In this document: piece after piece, positions 14,579 to 28,657 of the stretch
Layout: each line of letters begins with the position of its first letter
Numbering within the stretch: position 1 is the stretch's first letter
NCBI GenBank assembly: GCA_021613535.1
Contig: CP075495.1
Span: 8,246,001-8,310,000 of the forward strand
From: Adineta vaga
Lineage: Eukaryota > Animalia > Rotifera
DNA: 64,000 nt
Reading direction: 5' to 3'
Translations under genes and position numbers: made by a program
Notes under the pieces: model-generated
What the model was told of the DNA's origin: nothing
Seen by the model: only the letters and a program-made list of their open reading frames with translations
Database searches by the model: none

Positions 14579-16255
14579 ATGAGTATGACAAATGATACAA
14601 TCGATTCTATTGCAAATGTTTCTCCAATAAAACATGATGTATCAATATCTAAACCAAAATATTATCACGTTAGTGCAATTGTTAAACAATTTAGTTTAAA
14701 CACATCAACACATGGTGTATCTGATATCGCTCGTAGTCGAAGTATTTCGAGTCGTATTTTTTGGACAATTATATTATCATTTTGTGCTTGTTTCATGATT
14801 TTCCTGATTGTTCAAGCTATTCGAGCATATCTTCAATATCCAACTCAAACATCTGTTTCTTTTGTTGTTGAATGGCCTCAATCTTTTCCTGCAGTTACAG
14901 TTTGTAATTATTCTCCACTACGATACGATCGATTTGTTGAACCATTTCTTAATTATACAAATACATTCAATTTAATAAATACTTCAAATGCAACCGAATT
15001 TACGAAAGAACATGCACGATATATTCACCAATATTTACTCTATAAACTTAATCGAAATGAATCGTTAATGGAGTTTTTTTATCCACTTGAGACAATGATG
15101 TTATCGTGTACTTATAATATCATGCCGTGTACCGTTGCTGATTTTACTTGGTTTATATCATCTTCATTCGGTCTTTGCTATACATTTAATGCTCGATTAA
15201 AACCTTCTCTCAATAAAACGATAAAACAAAATTCAGAGAATGGAGTACATGCAACATTCGAATTACGTTTCTACGTTCATCAACATCAGTATGTTCCGTA
15301 TTTATCCAACGGTGAGTATTATTGTATAATTTTGACCATATTTTTTTGTATATTTTTTGGAAATAGGGATTGGCATGGTTGTATTAGTACATGATAACAT
15401 ACAGATACCTAATATTGAAATGTCAGCAATGCAATTAGCACCTGGACAACATCATAAATTGAATTATAAGAAAAAGACTAGTTCATTTTTACCAGCACCT
15501 TATACAACGTGTAATGATAAAGTAAATATTCAGATGCAAGCTATGTATGAAGGATATCATAACACTGATTATGGTTACTCGCAACTTCCATGTTTTCTTG
15601 CTTGTTTACAAATCTATACGTAAGTATCCTAGTTGGATTTTCTATCTAATTTTGTTTTGTTCAAATCATTCATTTCAGTTATGAAAATTGTGGTTGTGGA
15701 AATCCTTTTCGTTGGGCAACTCGTTCAATTATTATTCCTGGTACAAATAAGACAGCAAATATCTCACTATGCGACATCGAAAATCCGTGTTATACACGTG
15801 CAGCTACAAAACTTATGAATGATAAACGTATTTGGATGTCCTATTGTCATGATTGTACACAGGAATGTACTTGGTCTGAATTTCAAATTAAATCAAGTTC
15901 AGTCTTAGCACCACCTTCTTATTTATTTAATGATATTAAACAATTTGTCGAAGAATCATCGATTCCATTACCAGCAAATTGGTCAATAACATGGAAAAAT
16001 GAAATTCAATCGAGTTATGTTTCTTTATCAGTTCTTTATGAAACAACTCAAACAGAAATCTATTCACAGCAAGCAACAATTAGCGTCGTCGATGTTGTTT
16101 CTAATATTGGCGGACAAACTGGTCTTTGGATTGGCATCAGTTTTCTTTCGATGATAGAAATTGTTGAAATGCTCTATCAATTAATTCGAGCTCAATGTTA
16201 TTGCCTTTGGACAGCTGTATTGAAACATTGTCAGACACAAGAATCTGTACTTTAA
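14579..16255 (+). CDS. DEG/ENaC (ASIC-like) sodium channel subunit, 3 exons
   Basis: NTSTHG gating motif, TM1, FPAVTVCN, GLCYTFN, Cys-rich thumb, TM2 SNIGGQTGLWIGIS. Introns ~15312-15366 and ~15620-15677. Confidence 0.92.
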
Positions 16256-16917
16256 CTAGTTAATGAATAGATGACAATAAGATACTTACCGTCACTCTCT
16301 TAGAATATCTATATGCTGATACATGTATTGCAATTGAGAAACTTGAATAACTTCGAAATTGTAGAAAAACAGAAATTATGCTTCTTTTTTGTTTTATTAT
16401 TATAAGAAAATATAAATAGTGTTTTGAATTCTAATTATCTTTCTTAAGTATATACACATCTGGATGTGATGATGGCTAAAATCATTCGCATAGAAATTTC
16501 CATATGGACTGCAAACTAAACAAGTAGAATTTAATAATTGCTAATGCGCATTACCTATTTCATGATCATTATTTTGATAGCAAACGCATGATATGATTAT
16601 TTTCTATATCAATCTGTATATGCTTCGTTCATTCTAAACAAAACATATTTAGAAGAAAAAAAAAACGTTCTCCCCTTTTTTCTTAACGAAACATTTCAAC
16701 ATTATCTGAGAATTTTTATTTACTTTTAAGATACTTTTAAATGTCTATCTTATGTAAGCAAAAGCATATTGTTATCTACAATCTTGTTCTTTTTTCTATC
16801 GTCAACATTAAGTTTACTTTATAAGAAACTTTTGAGTCGTCGAAAACACGATTATTTTTAGAAAAGGAAGTCGAAAGGTATCTTATCTCAAATTATTACA
16901 AATCATTATACGAATAA

Positions 16918-17643
16918 ATGAACCAATCACATACGCAAAACTGTGCTGTAGCATATAATATCGAACCTGCAATCACTCTTTCAACTTCTCAGGTACACAT
17001 GTCTTCAAATACTGCCAATGAAGAACAATGGAAACATTTTCTGAGCAATATACGTCCAGCTACATCAAGTAAATTAATCGTCATTGGAGTTTTTTATATC
17101 CTCATCGGTATTATTGCTATTGGAATAGAAGTTCGACTACTACAAGAATATACCTTTGGGTAAATGACAAACAGTATCTTTTATAAATAAAAGTTTATTT
17201 TTTCTAGGTTTTATTTTGGCTTCCTAGACGGTGCTTTTTCAATATCACTTGGCATTCTGACATTAATACTGTGCCGTCAACAAGTTTATGTTTTAACAAA
17301 TTTATTTATTCTCGTCTTTTTCGAATTATTGATTACAATAATTTCATTCGTTTTTTATTGCATAGCACTCTCTATAATCGACGGTGACGCATCTCATTGT
17401 TTACATTCGTATGATAGCTGTATTAAAACGGGCACTTTAATTCTTCTAATCATCAAGATAATTCTCTGTGTTATTACATTTTCATTATTGATTACAAACT
17501 TTATTCTTATTGTACGAGCGCGTCGACCAAACATTCCACCAATGACAACAAACTATGTGGCATATATTCCACAAACGCATTCAATGCCAACTTCATTTCA
17601 AAATCCATGTGCCATGACGAATAGTCAACAAAGTTTAGCCTAA
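16918..17643 (+). CDS. Small four-TM membrane protein (CD20/MS4A-like topology), 2 exons
   Basis: Two ORF segments joined by an intron at ~17160-17207, four hydrophobic helices and a Cys pair in the last loop. Family assignment is tentative. Confidence 0.6.
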
Positions 17644-18259
17644 ATAACAATTTTAATTTTAATATTCCTTTAATAAATTTATTTTCAAAACGAAAAATAG
17701 TTCGTCATATGATTTTGATCATCTGTCGAGATGAAGATAATGTAAATCCTAGGCCACCCGTACGACTACAGTTGTTTTCGACTCTATAATAATAGAAGAA
17801 CATACTCCGATTGACATAGAGTCGAAAATGATCCAGAAAAAGAACACATCTGCTTTTTTTACCGATTATCATACCATGATTTATACATTTCACTTTATTG
17901 CCTTCGATAGCATATCGTAAGGTTATTTCAAATTTTTCTGCTAACGTACTTTGAAAACAATAAAATATACGTTTTGTCATATGATGTTCTAGATATGAAT
18001 TTACTTTTCTGCGCGTGATCTTACTGTCCCTATCAGTAATCCACAACTACTTTCTTTCAGAACAGCTATTGGGAACATTTATGCAAGGTCGTACCGACTG
18101 TTTATTTTATATCATGTCATATTTCGAATCAGTATAAATACACTTCTTTGTCCTTATCAAAAGTATTCCTTACATTGAGACAATTAAGTTTATTCTAGTT
18201 TTTCTATCTTTTGTTACATACAGTGTTAATGAATTTACCGTTTATCTAACGAAAAGCAA

Positions 18260-19150
18260 TCCTGAACAAATTTGTCTAGCCTTACGACCTGATGATGTAA
18301 CAATATTGTGGACAACAAGTGAATATTTTAATAATAATGATATACCAAAATCTCAAGATAATGTATGGTACAGTTCGGAATAATCTTGACAAAAATTCAT
18401 CTGGATTTACCTCAACTTATCATCCACTACCTGTGTTGAAACGATTTTTCTTTGAGTTTCACTTCGATAACTTGAATTCCTTGACAAGATATTTTTATCA
18501 AATTGAAGGAACATCACAATGTGTACAATCATCGATTTTGTATGTCTGGTCAACTTAGTAAGGGACACAGAAATATGTGGTAATCGTATATGATTAATAC
18601 AGAAACAGATTTTACTGATGCACCGTCTGAAAAATTCAGGTCAATATTTTTGTACTACTGGTTAATTGCAATGGCTTGAAAATGATTTGAAAACAGCGAT
18701 CAGTCCAGAGCGTCGAGCTAATGTCCCATGAATTGTTGTTGCTGGTCGTCGATCTTTCTTCGTAAGTACTGCAAAAGCTCAACTAGTCATAGGTAAGTTT
18801 ATATGAATATTTCACCGGATATCTTTAAGAAGAACTTACTTATATTAATAGAATTTTATACAGAAAAAAAACATAGAAAATCTATTCTAATACGAGGAAT
18901 ATTTGTTTCATTGTATACTGTTTAATTTTAGATGGATATACAATTATTACTTCATCGAATAATTGTAATGCATGTCGAAATGCTTTTCTACTTCTCCTCC
19001 ATAAATATAATGTCGATTTCTATTTTGCTAGTCATCTTCATTGGATAGAACTATTGTATCCAATGGATGAAAATGATTACATAACTGCCAGACATTTCAT
19101 TGACGGTAATGGTCTTATTCATGTTACAAATGGCGCAGATGCTGCCCCGA
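18260..19150 (+). pseudogene. Purple acid phosphatase pseudogene
   Basis: PEQICLA...ILWTT, YGT, TRYFYQI, NTETDF, QWLENDLK, YNVDFYFASHLHW, HVTNGA. In-frame stops at 18663-18665 and 18729-18731. AGH has become AGR and GHxH has become SHLH, and the GDxG/GDxxY region appears missing. Confidence 0.75.
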
Positions 19151-19514
19151 CAGGTCGTGAAACAGCTGACACTGAACATCGTGCATAGTTTTCATCAACT
19201 ATTGATCAAATATTCTTCGCATGCAACTCTGAAATTGATTCATTCCGTTGATATTGTATATATATATGTATTCACAGTATCTACCGCCATCTATCAGTTG
19301 AAACTTGTGATTTGTTGTTATGTTGATTACGAAATTAATGACTCAGAAAAAAACTTACATTCTTGTTCTTGGAAAGGAAAAAAACAACAACAACAAAAAC
19401 ATACAAGCTTATTCATTCTCATCGTATCGTATTTGATTGTTTGAAATTACCTTGAATCATCCATTTAATACAAGCAAAAGTTACATTTATTTGAAAACTT
19501 TCACAATTGAAAAA

Positions 19515-20340
19515 ATGACCGATATTAGACAGAGCTCAATTGAAGATGATTTTATGTATGGCAGTAATGTCGCCTCATGTCATGTATATATTCGAATGCG
19601 TAAGAATGAAAATCTTGAATTATATATCAACTAAACTAAGATTGTTTGTATTTTAGAATTTCTACGTAAGGTTTATGGCATTGTTGCAGCTCAACTTTGT
19701 CTTGTTGCTATTGTCTCAACGATTATGGTGACAAACGATGGTGTAAAATTATTTTTTCAAAATCATCCTGGTTTTCTGTTATTAACTTTTCTGGCAACGA
19801 TGGTTAGTTTGTTAGCTGTATATGTCAAACGTTTAGAATATCCAACAAACTTTGTTTTATTGGGTTTATTTACTCTCTTTGAATCGTTTACAATAGGAAC
19901 GATTGTTTCATTTTTCGATAAAATGTTAGTTATTCAAGCAGTTATTTTAACAGCTGTAATTGTGCTTGGTTTAACCATGTATACATTTCAAACAAAACGA
20001 GACTTTTCTTTCATGGGCGCTGGTTTATATGCATTTTTATGCGTATTAATTGCTGGTGGTTTCCTTCAAGTACGTTATCTAGAAATAAAGCGTGATAAAA
20101 GAAAAAAAAATCATTGATTTCCTTTCAATTTAGATATTTATTCGTAGTCCAGTGATGGAATTAAGTTTGGCATTGGGTGGTGCACTTGTATTTAGTCTCT
20201 ATTTAGTATACGATACACAACAAATCATGCGCAAAACATCTCCAGAAGAATATATTGATGCTGCTATTCAAATTTATCTTGATATAACACGTTTATTTAT
20301 TGAAATTTTACGTATACTTGAAGCAGCTCGAAGAAATTAA
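19515..20340 (+). CDS. TMBIM4: Lifeguard 4 / Golgi anti-apoptotic protein (BI-1 family), 3 exons
   Basis: SSIEDDFMYGSNVA...IRM|FLRKVYG, YPTNFVLLGLFT, YTFQTKRDFS, YDTQ, SPEEYI..AIQIYLD. Confidence 0.92.
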
Positions 20341-20617
20341 TCAAATTCGTGATACATTCATTTTATTTCAAAACATACAAACTTGAATTATAGCTCACTT
20401 GCTTAATATACTTTCTTCAGTAAACTAATTACAATAATATCCATTTTATTTATTCTCTTATAGATAAAATAAATAAAAATATGAAAATTTTTTTTACTGT
20501 TTATTGTTGTTAGTTATCGGATAGTTAAGTTCATTCTTAAACAAGAAGTTAAATATAGAATCTTATTTCAGATTTGTTATTGTTATTATTATTATTTTCA
20601 TTCAACGATTGATTATC

Positions 20618-21696
20618 ATGGTAAACATTTTGTTCAGGTTTTATATTTTCAAATGAACTTATTCATATTTTATAGATTTCTCGTGAGAAAGATACCGATT
20701 ATCAGAATGCACTTTATTACGATCTTATACTTGATGATATCACTTTATCCAATTTTGGTATGAACTATCTTCAAGTTACTATGAAAATCTTTGTAAAGTT
20801 CTTCATTGTTTTTTTATCTAGATGGATCGACCGAACAATTACAACACTTGCTTAATATTGATTGTGCTTTAGCATTAAGTGTTTGCAAGTATGTTGAACA
20901 TGAATTGGTTGAACTATTTATTCATTCGGTTTTCTTTTCTAGAAGTCGTAATCTTCCGTCTTGTGTTTTTGTTTTAAGTCTTCTGTATATGAAACGTTTA
21001 CGTTCACTCCATTGTTCTTCAACATTATCGACAGTTAATGATTTAACAACGAAAGAGTTATATTTAATAGCAACATTACTTGCTAATAAATATCTTGTTG
21101 ATGAAGGTGAAGATGAACAATTATTTAATTCTGAATTAGCCGAATTAACGAATATTAGTACGGAACGTATTAATCTTATCGAACGACAAGTCTTAATAGC
21201 CTTAAATTGGAATTTATATATTTCGAATGATGAATTTCAACAATTTCTTACCTTATTCAAATGTCAAATGGCACGTAAACTTCATAAGACGATTAAGAAA
21301 ATTGATACAGATGATCCAATGAAATTCTATAGTTTATGCCTTCAATATCTTCCACATGCCCTGGAATATCTTGCTTTAACAAGTTTAGTTTTACTTGGCT
21401 CAACTATATCAATTCTAACTGCGATACATATGAGTACATTAACTCAAGCAACATTGATGAAAGCATTACATCCACCATCATCAACAAATTGTTCGCATCC
21501 ATCTATTTCATTTGATCATTTAGATAATCAAGAAAGAACAAATAAAAGTTATGATTTATTCAATTTTCAAACAGATTTCCTTAATGAATCGAACAATCAA
21601 CATCCATCCACATTTTACTTACCATCTTCTTATTCAATGAATCTTCTTCGGACACATTCATCATTTTCGAGACCATTCATTCAAACATTTGGTTAA
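20618..21696 (+). CDS. CNPPD1: Cyclin Pas1/PHO80-domain protein
   Basis: PSCVFVLSLLYMKRLR, ELYLIATLLANKYLVDEGEDEQLFNSE, ALNWNLYIS and a C-terminal TM. The ATG is immediately followed by an intron, so the start is approximate. Confidence 0.82.
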
Positions 21697-22076
21697 TCGT
21701 CTATTTTTTTTTCTATATTTTACTTTAAGTATTCAACAAAAATAGATGATTTTTTCTCTAAAATTAACTTTTTGTTATATAAATAAGTCATTCTGAGAAG
21801 AACATAATGATTCCAAGAATCTGTCTGCGATCAACAAAAACATTTATGAATTTCACTTTTCAACGATTGACTTTATTTTTCTAAGCATTTGTTTTGTTAT
21901 TACAATCCAATGTTGTATTATCAAGATTTTATTTGAAATAATGAATGAGAAACTTTACAAGATTGTTTTTATTTTTCTCTCTCTCTCTCTTTCTTTCGCC
22001 TAATATATATAAATACATATGACTTCGTTACACATAATTATAAAGAAAGAAATTGCATTCGACATATACCAGAATA

Positions 22077-22680
22077 ATGAGTGATTTTTTTATGATTATT
22101 CTTTTTCTCATAAATCCAAACTTGATTTATGCAGGAATCGGTAAGATTGTTACAAAAAATAAATTAAATTTTCTTCTGTGTTCAAGCCGATTCTAGTAAC
22201 GCGGTGACTACAATAACATGGTTTTGGCCGGTATTTGGTGTATGCTTATCACTTATCCTCAGTATTCCATGTGCATTAGCAGCAATGTTCTTAATATGTC
22301 ACAAAAACAAGCATTCCAATCATTCTGATGCATCAAGTATTAGTTCAGATTCATCACCATCAACAATGCACACTCATCAACGCTCATTGTGCGATCATCA
22401 TAGACATCTTCATCATTTATATCATGCTAGCGGTTTTCCTAGCCCACCGCCACCATATGCTTCTCATGAACAACCGGAAAATGTATTTAGTAGTTCTTCA
22501 CTTCCTCCACCATATGAGTCACATTTTCCATCCGATATTTCAACGACAGCAACAACAGTCATTCATGTTGAACCAAATGAAAGTATTCTAACGGAATCGT
22601 CAGATCATACAAGAACGAATACAGCATTAAATGTTTCGCCTACAGCAACTCATTCATCACTTCAAACATTCCATGTTTGA
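22077..22680 (+). CDS. Small single-pass membrane protein with PPxY motifs (WW-domain/Nedd4 adaptor-like)
   Basis: Signal-like first exon, intron 22141-22186, TM helix, cytoplasmic PPPPY and LPPPY. Confidence 0.65.
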
Positions 22681-23260
22681 ACAGAGAATTAAAATTATTG
22701 TGCATTTTTTATCTGTATCTTTCGTTTTCCTAATTGTTTAAGAGAAATATGGGTTTTTTTAACGAGCAAAAAAGATCAAGAAGAAAGAAAATTATTCGTG
22801 ACTGCCGCTGATGTAAATAGAAAAGAAAAATCAAAGAAGAATGAAGGAGTTCAAGTATTTGTGAAAAATAAACGCGTTAAACATAGACAAGTAGTGATAA
22901 TAGAAGGAGAAGAAGAAGAATGAGAAATCGAACGATATATATATATAAATATGATACAAAAAGACAGGAGAATATAGAACGAATCAAGCACGTACAGAGA
23001 GAATCGAGTAGAAATTATCTGCTAGACGAATGACTGATGTTAAATGATGATACGAATTCATTTTCTCTTTCTTTTAGTTGGTTGATTAATAATAGATATG
23101 ATATAGAAAGAACGAAGGAAATCGTGAGGACGAAAATCCCTCACAAACAGACATTAAACATGTAAAATAATATTTCACTTGAATATGAATATGAATAGAA
23201 AAAGCCTGGCTTTACAAACACACACGCACACATTTATAAAGATACAGAGCACCGTCTTTC

Positions 23261-25771
<2,511 letters not shown>

Positions 25772-27170
25772 AATCTTTTGAAAGAAAAGTCAAGTTAAAA
25801 CAAATTTTTTAGAAATACTATTTTAATTTGATACATACATTTAATTTGCTTTCAATTTGAGAAATAATCGATCATAAGTGGAAAAAATGCAAATCGTTTG
25901 ATAAAATGATTAATAAATAACTAAATAAAATAAAAAGAAAACAATAGAACAATTGTTGTTTTTATTTCTTTAACAGACACATCTGGTGTTAATATCTTTC
26001 TTTCTTTTTCGACACGTTAACAGGACAATCGAAAAGTTACCTGTCATTTGAAAAGATGCACAATCAATGGAAAAGAAACACACAAAAAAAATAGAGAAAA
26101 GAAAAAAAACAGACAGCAAAAATGTTTCTTGTGTCTGTATGTAGATGTTTTTTTTTCTTATAAACGTCTTAGCTTAGGCAAAAATGATAATATCATTGTT
26201 TTTCATTAAATCAATAGAATAATCTAGAATCGAAAGAATAATCATTATCTTATAACCTTGGAGATCTGGATGAATATCAATCGAAAGGATCATTCATCTA
26301 TTCGATTGTCCGGAGAAAACAAAACTCTCATCATTGGTGGAGTACTTTTACCAATCAAGAATAAACGAAATAGAGGATGAAATTTATTCAAATGGCCACC
26401 TAACGACCAACATATGATGGGCAATTCTATTGTTATGCTATGAAATGAAAAACAGGATGTAGTGTAGATTCACAAATATCGATATCGACAAAGATGTACA
26501 TGTAAACTTATGTCAATATCAATCTGAAGTGTCTTTCATTATGAAAGAGGTATTATTCGATGATTTAGCATATAGGAAAGTCAATAAGAGGATTGTTTGG
26601 TGAAAAATTTATTAAATTAAGTTCTAATCATTTATTTTTCTTTGTGTTTAATCAACTGATTAACATATTTATTTAAATTTTTGATTTAATTCATCAATGA
26701 CACATACATATCTGATAGCATTGGTCACAAGATATAAAGTTGTAATGAATTCATTTTCGCTTCAATGATTCGAGTTTTTTTTTCATTAATCGACAAAAAC
26801 ATGTGACATATTGATTGCATACCTTATGATGCTCTAGACAGCTTATAATCTCTGTCAAACTTGATCAGTTTCATTATTAAGTTTATCTGAGTACACGTTT
26901 TTTTTGTAACGTAAAAGATATTGTTAATCTATTGTTGTAGGTACATATAAATGATATTCAGTACTCAATACAACTTTGTTCTGTTTGTTTTATTTCATAA
27001 ATAAAAATTACTAAAAAGTACGATTATTCTGAAAAGAAGAATCGTGAAGTACTTGATTGGTTGTTCTAAAATGACTCAATAGCCCAATAAATTTTCTATT
27101 CTATTCATTGAATATTGATACAAAAGAGACTGATCAGTCAATATCATAACTTTTGGAGAATCAAGCATAG

Positions 27171-28064
27171 ATGATTTCGAATAGAATTCTAATCTTCTTA
27201 TCATTAATCATTCTTTCTTTATTGAAAAGTACCTTGGGATATTACACTGTGGTTGATGCACATGCTGAAGAATGTTTTTTCGAAAAGTTAACATCTGGTA
27301 CCAAATTATTATTTACATTTGAAGTTGTCGAAGGTGGTTTTCTTGATATTGATATAACAGTAAAAAGAAATTTTTATTCAATTAAGTTGTAAAAATCATC
27401 TTGTTCATTTTTATTTTTGTCAGATTACCGGACCTGATCAGAAGGAAGTCTATCATGGTGGACGAGAATCTAGTGGAAAGACAGCATTTTCTGCTCATGT
27501 GGATGGTAACTTTACTTTTATGGTGAATTTAATGTTTCACAAGTTTTCTTCTAGGTATTTATACAGTATGTTTTAATAATAAGATGTCATCAATAACACC
27601 AAAAACAATAATGTTTTCAATTGAAATCGGTGATAAACCAAAACTTGATTTATCCAATGATGCTAATGGTGAAGATGTTACAGGTAAATGAAATGTTTTC
27701 TATTCTTTTTTTTTTTCTTTTTTTAATGATGAAGAAAACACTAATTCATTGATATTTTACTTTTGAAATTATAGTTACACATAATAAACTTGAAGAATTG
27801 ATTTCTGAACTATCAGCTTCATTAACAGATATTAAACATGAACAAGAATTCATGGAAGTTCGAGAACGTGTTCATCGCTCTAGTATATTTTGTCTTTTCG
27901 TTGAAATTCATTGAAATGTTTCTTCATATCTTTTATTAGTTAATGATAATACCAATGCTCGTGTTGTTATGTGGTCATGTTTTGAAGCATTTATTCTTGC
28001 AGCAATGGCATTCGGTCAAGTTTACTATCTTAAACGATTTTTTGAAGTTCGAAGAGTCATATAA
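27171..28064 (+). CDS. TMED2: p24 beta cargo receptor (GOLD domain), 5 exons
   Basis: [62 protein letters not shown]. Confidence 0.93.
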
Positions 28065-28302
28065 AGAAAAACAACACTATTCATTTTAATATTCAATAAA
28101 CTGATCAATTGGTTATGTTTTTATGTTTAAATTATCAATTATTGTTATTCTTCTTTTACATTCTGTTATTTATTTGATTTTCTAGTCTATTGGTTAATTG
28201 CATTTTTTGTTTTTCTTCGTATCATATGGTAAATCTCTTGCGCTGATTTAATAAAAAGTCTTTCTTATTGAAATGAATTGATTTCATATAAGGACGGTTT
28301 AT

Positions 28303-28315
28303 ATTATATTATGAT
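28303..28315. repeat. Target-site duplication, left copy
   Basis: ATTATATTATGAT, identical to 33580-33592. The terminal bases are ambiguous with the element ends. Confidence 0.88.
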
Positions 28316-28657
28316 TTTTTTTTTTTTTTTTTTTTTAAATTCGCTTTCTTTATTGTGACACTCGGAAGTGCTAACAATTAATGTTTGTCATACAGCAAGG
28401 ATTTCACTACCCGTACAGATAACAATTTCTTACGATACATCACATACTTCACTTGCACTTATCCACGTTTGGTGATATTAAGAGAAAAGGAGAAAGGGTT
28501 AATAAGGAGTCACGAAAGGAAAAGAAAAGAAGTACGTGCGAGGAAAAAAAGGGAAGCGTTTACGATCGAAAGCGAAAATAGACAGGAGAGGAAGAAAAAG
28601 AAAAGAACAAAATATGATTCATATAGAGGAGTATCTCAAAACAGCAAGGCTGTGTCT

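Noticed and set aside
17705-18046. 113-aa minus-strand ORF
   Set aside because: Non-ATG start, no recognisable motif, and it overlaps the hairpin at 17775-17828.
26230-26470. Higher-complexity patch between OSR1 and TMED2
   Set aside because: Stops occur in the frames examined and no motif was recognised, so a call cannot be supported.
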